From the NCBI RefSeq assembly GCF_964204645.1, contig NC_134035.1, forward strand, positions 5,642,001-5,706,000: a DNA stretch of 64,000 bases, in the 5' to 3' direction. Positions 26,301 to 40,700 of this stretch are shown in pieces. The DNA is from Tubulanus polymorphus. Its lineage: Eukaryota > Animalia > Nemertea. The notes below the pieces were generated by a model. That model was not told where the DNA came from. It searched no databases and saw nothing but the letters and a program-made list of their open reading frames with translations. Made by a program: the position numbers and the translations under genes. Positions within the stretch are counted from its first letter, which is position 1; the number at the start of each line of letters is the position of its first letter.

Positions 26301-28870
26301 ATCGCAAACCGTCGTCGTCGTATAATTTGAAATTCGTAAAAGGCGCTTCGTTGGACGAAGAGAAAGCACGATTCAGTCAGAACGTCGATGAAACGGCGAT
26401 CGCTCAGCAGCAGCAGATCGACCGCGACGAATTACTGCGGCGAATCCGCAGCGGGACGGCTATAAACAGCAGCAAAGATTTCGCGCGGATGGCGACGAAG
26501 AAAGATAAACCGTTCGTCGGTCCGGCGTTACCTTTCGGTCCGGCGTTACCGGAACGGCGCGCGGATGAGGCGGTCGCGCCGGTCATCGGTCCCGCGGTGA
26601 ACCCGATCGGTCCGGCGTTACCTCACCAGCCGGAGGTAGAACCGGTTAGTAACGACGACAAACAGCCGCTAGTCGATCCGCCGCATCAGCCGCGAATATC
26701 TTTAGTGTCGTATATGGATGAAAGTAAAGAGGATGAAGACGAAGATGAAGGCGGCGATGATAAGAATGATGATAATGATGGTGATGATGATGATAAGGGT
26801 CAGCAGCAGCAGCAATATCCGGATGATGGCGGTTCGAAGGTAAATTGTGGAAATGTTGCGTGGCTAATTGAAGTGTAATAAGGATATTGTATCCGACATT
26901 TTTGATTGAAAATGATTTACTAACACCAGCCATTTTATCATGAAGTGATTGTTGAGTCTTTGCACTAAGATGGTGAATCTCTGAAGAAGGGTAGTTTTCA
27001 AAAAGCCGCAGATAAATCATATATCGATTCATGTTGTAGGAAACGATGGATGCTACGAATAATGATGACATGTGCAAGAAATCAAAACGAGGTTTGTCGG
27101 ATGACGCAGATCAAACTGAAGAGATCGAATCAAAGAAAATAAAAACAGGTAATAGATAATCAGGGTGGTCACTTACATAAATGGAAAAGCCCAGGGAATT
27201 TTCTTTTCTTTAAAAAAGTCGGGGAATAGTCTGGAAAATTCATTTGAAAAAAAAAGAGTTATAAGACATGGAAATTTGTTGAGATTTCTATATCGCATAT
27301 AAAATCAAACAATTTCCTTCTATGTATTTGATTGTGTTAATTGATTGGATTCTTAGCAGATCAGAGTCAGGGAAATTAATATCAGAGAGTAGTCAGGGAA
27401 AAAGCCAAATATAAGTCAAATATAAGTGGCCACCCTGATAATTCCTGGATCTTACTTAGCCTGAAAGTTCTAAAAATGTTTGCAACACTTCAGAGCAAAA
27501 TATATCAATGAATATTACCTCATTCTGTTGTAGAAAACGCTGAAGAAACGACTGAGGAATGCGTTTCTACTTCGGACGTGAAAGACGAATCCGAAGAAGT
27601 CAATGATGAAGAAGTCAAACAAATAATTCAAGACTTGTCGAGCGTTATTACTAGTAAACTGGAATTTTTGGATATTTCGCGGAAAAACATGTCGAAATTA
27701 CAAATACTCTTCATCGAGTTGCAGGTATGTTTGCGATAGAAATTATGAGATTTTATATTTCGGTGGCTAAAAAGTAATACGGCCGCGCATAGTGTAATGC
27801 AGCGGGCTCTTAAATGTTTGTAAAGTCGCCTTATCGAAATACAGTGCCTCCTATTGGAACACCAGTAGCTACTACTCTACCACTAGCTCTTATCCAGTGT
27901 TGTTCTCCATATACTAGAATTTTTAAGGGGTGCATTCATTGTTAGGTGTATGAAATCCTGGCCGCTGAAGTAGCAAGGCTTTCGATCTCCGAAAAAATAA
28001 AGCTAAATTTTGGTGTTATCGTCTATTTGTCACATTAACTCGACATATTTCAAAACCATTATCACAATTGATAGAATATTGACATCCACTCTGGAAGGGG
28101 CAAGATATATTTTATAAGGGGTGGCTAATTTTCAGAGGAGTGGAAGTAAAAATGAAAGGGTTGGGTCGCCCTTCTAAAACCAGTAGTGGAGAACACTGCT
28201 CATCTGCTAGGCCTATAAGGTAATAATATTAATCTCAGGATCACGATGGCCGACCATTGTTTGTAAGTGTCATTTGTTTCTAGTAATTTGTCATCTGCAG
28301 CACAAATTGATTTCTGTGTAATACTCACAGATTTCATTCGGAGATGTGAAAATTCTTCCGTTAGTTTTTCCGATTGTGCTACTATCTAAAGCTGTGTTTT
28401 GTGATTCAACAGTTCCTCATTTGACACTGGAACTAGAATTCTATTAGGCATTTGAATCCGGGTAGTATTCTGAATGTCAGCATCTTTGTACAAACCTTGT
28501 TTGAAAGTGGAAGTACGAATTACGATGGTAAATGCTTAAATAGGTTCATAGGATTATGAAATCAAACTGTAAATTAGAAATTTCGAAAAATGAATTTCCC
28601 AGTAACCGTAGAAAAATGCATGTTTTCAGACACGTATGAGCGACTGGATGGACGGCGGACTTTCGATGAGTCACCTGTTGAAAAAACTCCACGACGCCGA
28701 CACGCAGATCAAACTCTACGAAGACGGCGCCGCTCCGTCCGGGTGGACGTGTCACTGGGACAGGTATGCCGATTTCATCCTTGTCAAAACTGTCGACGTC
28801 ATAAACGCACGGGAACGACGCGAATATTTTTTGCAGGCGCGATTTGTCGATAGCGATAGGTTTCTGCCGG

Positions 28871-28902
<32 letters not shown>

Positions 28903-31900
28903 CTGATGACTTGTTGCCCGGTTTTTGCCGGCTTCGGGCGACAAAGAGACGTCGTCGTCTTTTTTTCTTACTCTTCGGCGGCAGGGGTCTTAATTCACGC
29001 CTCCCGCGCGCCGGGTCTCAGTCGGACGATACGTGGATTTAGAGGCAATGAACAAAAACCAACAGTCGATGATTCGACGATTTAATTTCTGACGGTTTTC
29101 ATGGTTTTGACCAAGTTTCATCAGAGAAACGAATTGTTCATTAATTCATGAAATACTGAGGTCGATATCGGTCTACCGGTCATGATTTGGAGGCAGTCGT
29201 TTTAGGCCGATATTCGGTTTTCAATTCGATCGATGTTTAGACGAGGATTTCACGACCGCGTGAAGTTTTTGATTGTCGCGACGGGGTCTTCTCTCTCTCT
29301 CTCTGGCGGGCGGTCGTCGTAGAAAAACAGCGGTTAAAACGAAATCGCGTAATCCTTCCCTCTTGTCGTGGTTCGTCCTACGATTTTTACGACGCGGGGG
29401 GAACGAATTCATCCAAAAAAAAAAGTGTTTTGTTTGTTGAAATAAATGATATGCAGGTGTTGAAAAAAGTTGGAGCAACGTAACCCGGATGCCTTTTGAC
29501 GGTGAGTGCTTGTAGCCAAGGTGGTAAGTAAATACATCTCTTTAAAATCGAAATCTGAAAGTCGTAACTTGGTATTTTACCGGTCCACTGACCAAGTTAG
29601 GTCTTTCACGACTGGGTATAAATAAGCTTTGAAGATAAATAAGAATTTGAAAAATTGTAAATCATTAAGATAGATGCACGTATATTTTTCTGAGGAAAAT
29701 AACGAAACATTTGGCCAATTTCCAGATTGACATGATATGTTTGCATCTATTTTCTATCTAAAACAGATAAAAGTGTTTTCAACGTGTCCGGAATTCTTGA
29801 ATTGTAAAATCTGAATTCGATGATTTTGAACTTAAATATTGATTAGTTATACGTCCGGAATACGTAGAAGTTTGTCTCGAAATTACCACGATTCGACCGA
29901 AATTCATCCTTGCCTTAAAATTCTATTGTTCTTTCTTTCATAAAATACCCAGCCCAGGATTATCAGTATCTATGCCGTAATGCCAATTTCAGTTGAACAA
30001 ACCTTGAATTCCGGACATTAAGTGGACCACCAGTCTCCCGTTCGGTCGCTTAAGCGTAATTTTGGCCGAGGATAAAAATAATAATAATTCCATTCAGCGA
30101 AACGTGTACGCGATGTCGGGAGACTGAATTTTTTTATGTGTATTTCAGGTAAGATCCGGATCTTCTGTTCTGATTTCACTTCGGAGTTATCAACATTCGA
30201 ACAAAACTATGTCTGAATCCTATTCGTAACTCGAAAAATGAAATTATAGCAAAAGATTATTTCACTTTTCAATGATGTCGGCGAGAGGGCAACAATATTT
30301 GGCTTTGGTACGAACGAATACTTCAAAAATCTAAAAGAATCTGTTATAACGCTGCCAGCGCTTGCTCGATGATAAAGATGATACTGATTTATTGCTTTAC
30401 ATTAAATCAAAGCTCTCGACATATTTATCAAAAAGTGACCATCATCATAAAACTCTTCGAATTAAGATATCTTTGGAGCACTTTTTTTATTGACGGCCGG
30501 ATAAACGCCAACATCTTCGCCTAGTTCGATGAAAGTATACTGGTTTTATGTTTTGAGGGTCTCCGGGGTGGCGTTATTATAACGATTCTCTGTATTTCGA
30601 ACGAATCAATTTTGCACCGTTTCGCGGCGCATCATGCCGAAAAGTTGTCTGCTCGCCGCGTGTCAATCGACGATCGATATAGTTCGGTTTTCCGCCGATT
30701 TTTGTCCGGTTTCTAAAACGAAGCGTTTTCTCTTTTCTTTTCTGTGACTTTCGCGTTTCGGTTTCGTCGTCATCGCGCGTCACGTTTTCAGAGATTATAA
30801 ACGTTATTTCTACATGAACGAAACGACCGGCGAATCTCAGTGGGAATACCCGATAACGGCCGACCACCAGCAGCAGCAGCAGCACACCGATGGAAATGTT
30901 ATACAAGACGGCGCCGAAACCTCGACTACGAATACGACGATGAATAACGAAGAGAATCGAGTCGACTCGTCGCTAATGGAAACTGGAGTAAGTTATTTTT
31001 CATCCCTCGACTGAGATCTACTCGGTAAATATTAACAGATTTGATGTTCCTGACCCCCACGACCCGCTGAGCTAACCCTAGCAGATTCCCCTCGACCCAC
31101 TGAGCTAACCCTAGCAGATTCCCCTAGACCCGCTGAGCTAACCCTAGCAGATTCCTCTCAACCCGCTGAGCTAACCCTAGCAGATTCCTCCCAACCCGCT
31201 GATTATATAACTTCTTCAATTATTTGCCATTGCAGATTCTGATGAATATTTTTCGTATTTGAATTTCGCGTTTTTATTTTCTAATAGATCGATTCAACTG
31301 TGATGACTGCGGTAGAACAGCCACCTCTCCCTGACGAAACAGTCGTCAGTTCATCATCACCACCGCCTCCTCCGGACGACTACCCGTGTCCACCACCGGA
31401 GCCACCCTTGCCGGAGCCATCCCCGAACGCTCCTCAGCCGCCTCTACCGACTAGCGAGGTCGAACCGCCGCCTCCGTTACCGTATACACCACCTCCTCCG
31501 CCTCCTGAGCCGCAGTCGTTCATGCAGCAATCGTATTCTTCTACGCCGTATTCAGCTGCGTCTACGCCGTACTCGGCTGCGTCTACGATGTCCGAGATGA
31601 TGGCCATGATGCCTCTACCGCCGGTACCGCCAATACCTCCGATGCCTGTTCCGCCGTCTTTACCACCGCTTCCGATGTTCATGTCGAGTCAACCGCAGTT
31701 CATGCCGCCGCCGCCGCCCCCTGCCAGCAACGATCCGCCGCCCCCGGGCACCGAGGATTACTCAACGATCGTTCCCGACATGTCGACGGATATGGACATC
31801 GATTCGGATAACGAGGTCGATTCGACGGTGCCCGATTCGACTCATATCGGTCATATCAGCTACGGTCATAATTACAACATGGCTTACGACGCGTCGATGA

Positions 31901-32036
31901 TGTATACCGATCATCAGCAGGTTTATCATCAGACTCATTCGTCGGTTTACTGCGCGCCGTCTTCCTCGTCGAAATCGGCGCATCTCAGCGCCGCGCCAGT
32001 GATCTTTAAACAGGCGCAAAACGTTATAACTCAGCT

Positions 32037-32067
<31 letters not shown>

Positions 32068-32734
32068 GTGCAGTCACGAGAATCGACGCCGGATATAATA
32101 ACTACGGAAACGACATCTGAACAGACGGATATAGCGACGACTAAACCGACCGCACCAGATTCAACAGCTGCGGTGGCTACGACTTCAACAGTAGCAGCAG
32201 CTGCGGCGGCGGTACCGACATCGACAAAAAAGAAGAAAAAAGACAAGGTAGAGTTAAAAGTTGCCTTCAAACCCAATTCCTTAACCAGAATGTACATAGA
32301 CTGTGCCATGCTAGTAGTGTTGGGGCTGAATTGAAGATCAGGGAAAAAGAAAATTTTCTAGATGCAGTTCAATAAAATTCAATGATTTGACAATTTACCA
32401 AATAAAGTAATGGGAGCCACCTCATCATTCTTCTTATTAAATTTTTCGATAATAAAAGCTTCACCTGTATTCAGAATCTCACCTCAGATATACGTAATCG
32501 ATAATGAACTAAGAAATACCCACCGAAAATGCCGGGTATCGGACATTTTTCATCAGCACACTTCAAATGATAATTTCTCATTATTTTCAGTCTAAAATTA
32601 AAACCGCGGGTGGATTGTCGATGAAAAAGAAGAACGTGACGAGTTTAGTGATGAAATGGCAACAAGCTCAGCAACAAGTCGAAAAGGAAATATCGAAACG
32701 AACTCAACATCTGGAAAATAGAGACAAAACTTGA
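23317..32734 (+). CDS. FNBP4: Formin-binding protein 4 (two WW domains, Pro-rich region)
   Basis: Phase-consistent exons 23317-23413, 24763-24827, 24910-24991, 25457-25646, 25885-26839, 27040-27148, 27534-27724, 28630-28763, 30792-30987, 31288-32247, 32591-32734. Motifs: GRKTILQL, IDTELANFLAEIDAI, WW1 WQQCLDEGTECYYFWNVATNEVTWEIP, SKLEFL...TRMSDW, WW2 GWTCHWDRDYKRYFYMNETTGESQWEYP, SLVMKWQ. Confidence 0.9.
27161..27437. mobile_element. hAT-like MITE in an FNBP4 intron
   Basis: CAGGGTGGTCACTTA ... TAAGTGGCCACCCTG terminal inverted repeats. Confidence 0.65.
31061..31201. repeat. 33-bp minisatellite, about 4 copies, intronic
   Basis: GACCCGCTGAGCTAACCCTAGCAGATTCCCCTC repeated with period 33. Confidence 0.85.
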
Positions 32735-34734
32735 TGCGATTCATGGATATTAACGGTTGGAATTTGTTGCGGCTGGCCTGAATTTATTGTTTGTAATATA
32801 TTCAGGGTGCTTACGGATCAGGGAATACAAGATTCCCCGATATTTTCCCTGGCATTTCACCTAATATTCTCTGTTTAAATTATAAGATATCCGTACTGAA
32901 AAAGAATTGGAATTCCCTGATTTTCCCTGCATGGTTGAATAAATCCAGAATTCCCTGATTTTTCAAAGAACCCTGTTTATCGTACGGTATGAATCATTGC
33001 CGTAAAGCAGATCGTCTGCTATCCAACTGATCAAACTTTGTACCATTTAGGCAGCAGTGTCCTCTACTCCTAGAGAAATTCCGAAAATACATTGCGAGCT
33101 TTGATAGGGATAGCTTAAAGATGATCTGCTAGTGAATATCGTGTATGATTACATTGTATATTACAGTGTACTTAAAAACTCAGATGAACGCTTGCGATGA
33201 ATTGAAGTCATCGAATAGAATCTTTATTCGATCATGACATAACTGATCGTGATAGTTGTGTAATTGTAACGATGCCTAATTGGGTTTTTGTCTCGAATTG
33301 CATCGATAGTTGGAATTCGATTTAATATTACATTCATGAAGTCTAGTCATCCGTGTACTGCATGAAATTGTAGCCAGCAATTTTAAGAATGAGTGTTGAA
33401 ATGATTAAAAGTTTTCATTCATGGGATGATCTTTGTAGTAGATGCTCTTTTAGTGGACCTCGCTTGGATCATTTTCGGACCAATAAAATCGAACTGGGCC
33501 CGGTTCCACAGTCGTGAGTTAAGATTTGATGCGAGTTAAGAACTAACTTTAACTCAGAGTTAAATCTAACTCACAACTGTGGAACTGGATCCTGGTTTAT
33601 TAGAAATCCGGACTAAACATTATATTTTTCAAATATTTTTTTTGTATAGATGGACTGTAAATATATTCCGAATTAGAGCGAAAAATCGTAAAATCACACT
33701 TTTGGGGCTGGTTGCTCGAAAGTTAAAGTTAACCGGTGGAGTGACTATTGAAATTGCATGTAACAATGGTGTTTGTCAACTAGTTAACTGTAGTTATCTC
33801 TTGAGCAACTAGCCCCAAATTTGATCAAAACACTTATCCAGATTAAGCGAGGTCATTTAGCTGCTGGTAGTTCTAGATCCCTTATGAACTTATTATACGG
33901 GGCGTATTTCAAAAGCATTTGTACATCGGTGCAAGGTAACGATATCATTGTAAATTTAAGATATTGTAAATATATTGATATTTTATGTATATATTCCAGT
34001 GCTGTTCTAGTTTCTAGTATTGCGGCAACTTAGGGAATTAAATTACCATCACCGGCTCTAGTGTGAAGGTAGTGAACTAGCGCTCGAAAATACCCGGAGA
34101 AGCTAAGCTTCCTGATCCTGTTTGCGTATGCAGTAGACTCTGCTTCCTTCTGGATCCTTGGGGCCAAACTCTATGCACTGGTAAATTCATCGAAAATGTA
34201 ACGATTTATTATCTTACGACAATAATTCAACATCTACAATGTTATCATTGCGCTTGAAACAAGATTTAAAACAAGTGATGTTCTGACCAAAATGTTTGTC
34301 TTGAGGTAAGCTGTTCTGCTTGAAAGTATTAAGTATTCTGGTTGAGGAATATCCCTGATGACAACACTGCTTCTATCAGGTTTACAGATTACCGGGTATG
34401 CTATTCTGGAATAGATAGAGCATTCTGGTCGAAACCCGCGCGCCAGAAGAGAATTCCCATTCTAGTTTAATCGAAACCTGCCTAATGTAAGCGAAGTCTA
34501 CCTTATATTTTGTTAAATCGAAAATGCCAAGAACAAACTATCAGGGACTGCAACTCCAAAAATATCCACAGATCCCGCAAAAAAAAAAAATGAAAGCAAA
34601 TGCAAATGTTTTTCTTTGAAAATGAATATTCTTGTTGTAAAAAACATTTAAAAATGGCTGGCATTAATGCATTGATTTATTATGGACGGGAGCAACGAGA
34701 TCTAAGAAGAGTGAAATGATCCCATGGGTCACTT

Positions 34735-37700
34735 TTACAAGTTGTACTTGAATCTGATGTGTACATCTTTTTTCTCATCAATTGAATCGACCACCTAGAA
34801 ATAAAAACACCATAATTAATGAGAGTTATCTAAGTTATCTACATACGGCAGTCAAACCCACTTAATTCACATGTGAAAAAAAAGTATTTTATCATCCACC
34901 TAATCTTGCATAGAAAATTGAAAGCTCAATTTTTCTACCGTTTCCAAACGGCCATCGTCAGGTAGAATGATAAAGATGCAGGCCTGTAGTCAGGGGGGGA
35001 GGGTTGATCTATTTGCTACTCTGCACCCGAGATGTATGCAACTGCAAGGTGTCTTATTGAAAAATAATAATACGTCATTTTATATTCAGTGTTTCGATGT
35101 TTTCTGATCAGAGTACCAAATGAGAGCTGATCTCGCATCAACACTTAAAGCCTTCGCCCCTTGGCTTTACTGACGTTGTTTAGGTCCACTTGTAGTTTAT
35201 ATCGCACCCCCTTGGAGGGCCCTGGCTACAGGCCCCAGATTGCTAGGATGTTATAGGGTTGAAATCTTTGAACCTTCAGTCCACAATTGTGGGAATTCTC
35301 TAATAATCTCGATTTGTCACGGATTAGTTTGTCTTTAATAATTCGCTGTATAAGAAACACCGTACGTACCTTGCAACCAGCGTTTGCTGCCATCGCGCGC
35401 ACTTTCTTCACGAACTCGATCGACTGTTCCTCTTTCAACTCGAGCATGTACTTGGCGGTTTCCAGAATAAGGACGGCTTTGTCAGAAAAAATCGACTTCA
35501 TCTCGGGAGTCAATAGATGCACCATGCTAAAATAGGAACCGAAATCAAAACTCATTGCATAATTCATAGGCCGATAAAGAGATTTTCGTCGAATCAGAAG
35601 GCTTACCTATTCGACAGATATACAACGTCGAATAACTGTCTGAATTTGTTTTTCTTGTGAAGTTCAGTGCCGGATGATAGAGGCATGAAGTGGATCTTCA
35701 CATTCGGTAACTGTATCGATGCTGAAGGGGAAAAAAAACGAGATAATCCTAAGACTAAACAGATGACGAAAAAAGCCGGAGACCAATGGGTTGACTCGGT
35801 AAAAATGAACTTAGTAAACCCCGTTTCTGAAGTCAGATGTTTTAGGGAAGTCTACTGTACTTACTATTTTCTGATGATATTTTCGTTCCTTTATCTTCAG
35901 TAATTACTACTTCATCCTCTTCGGTTATTTCTGCAAATTGTAAGAAAGAAAATGATAGATTTTCTATTTTTACCTGTTGCGCATCATCTAGCTTTCTCTA
36001 GTTCAGGTGAATGGCAGTTGTCTCTAGTTAAAGACTAACCTTCTAGTGTAGCTGTTTGGCAGCCATCCTCTGTCGATGGTAATACATATTTGTCTTCGTT
36101 CAGTAGTTCATAAATCAATGATGTCACATTGTATTCGGCTACGTTACCAGCAGTCTGAAAAATAAATCAACCGTTTATCTGTAGAAATGCTCGAGAACTT
36201 CGTAGAAATGCTTAAAAAACCGGTACAGTTGGTATCGTACTCACTTTAGTATATAGCTGGTTCGACTTTTTGAAGAAACTCTTCTCTTCGGATTCAATTC
36301 CCCAAGCGATAAACGGACTGACTAGTATATCGCCCCAGTAACCGCGTCTGGCTACACGTCCATCATTCTGAATAAACATCATTCAAAACGCAATATAAAA
36401 TTCAACAACCCAGTCGACTGTTTAATCAGGATTTCTCCAATATGCGAGGTATACTGTGCATTTACTGCAAAGATGAATGTTTTTGGAGTTGTGGGTCATA
36501 GACTAACCGTTTTGAAGAGTACGCCGCTCGCCAGGGTTCGATTCGGCACGTTATAAGAACCATCTCTTATCTCGTAAGCTACTCCTGTTTGTCTCCATTG
36601 TTTGTATTCACTAGTGTGAATTATGTCGGCCTGCAAGAAATATTGAACGTATGAAACCCTGACTTGAATAGATACCAGGTTCAAATAACCATCAAGAGAG
36701 GATTCAATGGCCGTTAGACAGACATTTATCAGATTTCTCGCAAAACATCAGAACAATAAGCTTTTGGTTGAACTATAAGAATTGCATGTGCGTACATCTT
36801 TGTGGTGGAGTTTCATGCTTAGATCCCAGTCAAATACATTAGGTATAGCGTCATATCGAACGCCCAGGTGCTGTCTTAATCTCAGATCCCTGAAATACAT
36901 TAACATTTTGATATCTCGGTGAAGTGTCTGTGAGGGTTAAATCATACAGTAAAAACTGTATATCAAGCAGTAGGCCTACAGCTAGAAAATATGCTCAATA
37001 TATTTACCAATATTTGTCGATTTCAAATTCTCTGTTTTCTCTGTTTCGCCAAAACTTGAAAATAGCTTCAAGCGCATCGACTTCTTTATACTAGAATAAG
37101 ATGAAAATGACAAATTCATAATAAACCGTAGATTACAACGTGAATACGTTATATGCTATTAACAAAACATTTAATTTAGGATAAATTACTGATGTTCAAG
37201 CTTCGTTTTATTTACCTTTAGTTGAGACAGATCGATGCAGGGAAGTTTCTGCGCGAGTAAATCGAAATCGTTCACCCACCTACAATCATTAACATAATGA
37301 AACAACAATTATCAGAGGTATGGGCAAGTGGTTAGTGCATTGAACTCCGGACGCCAGAATTTCTGATTCGATGCCGTAAAGATCTCTAAATTTTATGCCA
37401 AAAATTCTTCAAAATCTACAAAGCAGGTTTGATTGAACGCTTGCCAAAACGTTACCAAATAGAACCAGATAGAATCATTATTATTACTATATCTATTACT
37501 ATTATCTGTATATATCTATTTGCGCGCACCCATACACTTTTGTTTCATCGACCAGTAATTCGTCTCCTTAAAAGAGAATGAAAATCATGACGATTCTTCT
37601 CGACGTACTTAATGAACTCGGTAGACATTTTCTGCACATAGTCACACGATTGTTGTCGGACCATACTGTTGCCGTAGAGTTCCAGGAATAGTTCCGTCTT

Positions 37701-40700
37701 TTCTGAATGATAGAATCAGATACATAGTTTCCATAATCGACGGTCGTGACACAAAAATCGAGTCCACCCGGAGCCAACCACTAAGATTTGATTATTCTTA
37801 TAGCAACCCCTATTATCAGATATAAGCATGAAACATGAAATATTTAGCATTCTCATTATTTTACAACAATCTGACCGTGATACTGTAACTTTATTACACA
37901 ACTATTTGTAATTTTCTAACCTTGTAAACCCAGGTTTTCAGGAGACTCCAATATAATCGACAGAAACAACATCGCTCTAGCATACAACTCCAGGTTGTTC
38001 TCTATAATGTATATCTACGAAAAAAAAACCCAGAAGTCCTGTGACATTTCACCGATTCTTGACCAAATATTGCCTGGATTAGATTTTAAGTCGTAAGATA
38101 TCCTCAGTGAAGGCTGTTTCTTCTCAAGAGGTTCTTAGTGCCACTTGTCACCAGCAAGAACAACTAGGGGTCCAGGGACACCATGCCCACTTGGGAAGTT
38201 GTTTCAAATGCTCAACAATCTAACAATTTCAATATTCAACGCCCCCTGGTGACCATATACAAAAACCAATAACCTTGAAACTCACCACAATCATAAAACA
38301 TGTCAGCAGCTACGATTGTGTAATTGATTGTGATAACAAAATATGCCTAGTTACCTATTTAATATGGAAATATTAAGTTATTCTACTATTCAACGCCCCC
38401 TGGTGACCATATTCAAAACCCAATATCCTTGAATCTCACCACAATCATTGAACATGCCATGAGCTACAAGGCCAGTTTTTGGGCTGAAGATGTGTCTAGA
38501 GTACAGGGTTCCCACGGGTTGGCCAATATCATTTTCCATACCTCTTACTCCATACTTTTTCCATACCCAGATTATAAATTTTCCATACCACTAAGTTATA
38601 CATCGCCAACCTAGGGGATTTTTACTGGGGGAATATTTACCTGTTACCCCGAGAAACATGCAACGTAGGTCTCATCAAGGAGAAAGCAAATGAAAGCATG
38701 CGTCTAATTCTAAGTGGAATCAGAAGATTTGGCTTCTAAAATTGATTCGACTTGCTATAAACATAAGTGCTATAAACGAAGTGCTATAAACATAATCTTA
38801 TAATTCATTTTTCTTTTAATTTAAAGATATTCATAACTTCCAAAAAAAAAACAGTTCCAATCTCGGCTCAGCCCGTAAACTCTAGCTGAGCCATAACCCT
38901 AAGCCTAGTTTGGATTTTGACCCATGCCCTTCGCCTACCAGCCGGGTGTGGTAACCACTATACCACAGAGCTCTAGTTTGTCTGGTAAGGTGTGGTGATT
39001 GGTCATCTTGCGACATTTTTAAATGAATCAAACTGCAAATTGATGGTTATTTGTAGTAGTATGAATTTCTACGGCAGAATTTCATACAGAAATATTCACG
39101 AATTTCTCGTCCCAGCAAAAGATATATGTAGAAATTTACCACATAGTTACACATTTGAAACGGTGCAAACATGTCGTATAGAGCATTTTTTACTTCTTCA
39201 GAAATTGGTAAAAATACGGTTATAGTGGATGGAAGTGTGAATATCGCAAATGCGAGCGAAACTGTTACGAGCGTTATCGTCGTACGTTTTGATTTCGTAG
39301 TTCTCTGATCGGAAGAAACCATTTTTGAACCTCTAAATAACTGAGTTATTATGACAGAATTTGATATTAAAATCAAAGATAAAGGCAGCACATAAACGTG
39401 GATGACAGATAACATGAAAAATGTTATTTGGTCCAGTAATTCATAGTAACATCCAAAAAACTGGTCGGAAAAATGTATCGGCCAAACAAGTGTGAGATAT
39501 ATAAACAGTACATTCACTGCAATGATTATCAATATAATGAATCTAGCGAATTTAGGTGTACATATCAAACGAGATGTGAACGGGAAGAGAACAACTGCCG
39601 CGCGTTCTAGAGATACTGCTACTATCAACCACGAACTGCTAGAATTGGCAACTGCCATCAACATTTCATAGATTTTACAACTGATCACTGAATTTATGAT
39701 GAACATAGGACCATATTTAATGTGGCAGAGAACAAATTGTAAAACAGGCATCAGCGTATGATTGATGCAGAACATGGAATCATAGAGAGACAAAACGATG
39801 AGATAGTTAGCGTAAGCTAAACCGCGGAATCTGCGACTTATCATAATAAGGAAAGTAGCGGAATTTCCAAACGTTCCGAACAAGAACAAGATTGGTAGGA
39901 TAATCAGTAACGCAGTGCGGTAGATTCCAGATCTGTTCACAACAGACATGAGAACGATGTAACTGTTATAAGTTCGGCCGATCAGTGTCCGAGTAGAATT
40001 CATGATTCATGAGGATCAAATGAGAGTGTACTGACTGTCTGAGCGTGTACTGACTGTCTGAGCGTGTACCGCCTGTCTGAGCGTGTACCGCCAGTCTGAG
40101 AATGCACTGACTGTCTGAGAGTGTACTGGAATTGACCGTGTCTTCTTGGCTTTTGGAAAACTTTGATAGTATTTTATAGCTACCATCTATTTGTAAGATT
40201 TATTGTTAACAGCCAATAGAAAAAAAAAACAAGACTAGCAGTACTCTATAGGTTACCTATTCATTTGACGCACAAGCTTTTGCTACTAATGAATAGTAGC
40301 TTCATCAGGCGAATGAGTCAAAAAATCTAGCCAATAGAAAATAAATTCTGAGAAATCTAACACAATTTACTCAGATTTAATGAAAGTTCATTATTGTGTA
40401 AAATATGAATGTGCCGGCAACTAAATTAAATATCAATATTCTTTGTACAAGAATTCATTGTGAGTGGTGAAATGAATATCTGAAAACGTACAAACTGTTT
40501 ATGTCGAGACAAGAGACTTTTCGTTATAGAATCATTACTATTTGTAGGATGCATGCGTACCACAATCTATTGTAAATATCATATCGTGTATCATATTGTG
40601 TGTTGCGTACCCTCAACTGCCAGGCTGTTTCTTGTCCACCATCTCTTGAAAAAGTATCTGAGTTTGTACATCGAGATTTTCATGTTTTCTAGTGAGATTT

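Noticed and set aside
28764-29085. Read-through ORF with a poly-Leu/Ile hydrophobic stretch
   Set aside because: The stretch derives from an intronic (ATT)n microsatellite after the true donor at 28763.
31061-31201. Interstitial telomeric repeat
   Set aside because: Only one CTAACCCTA per 33-bp unit; not a (TTAGGG)n array.
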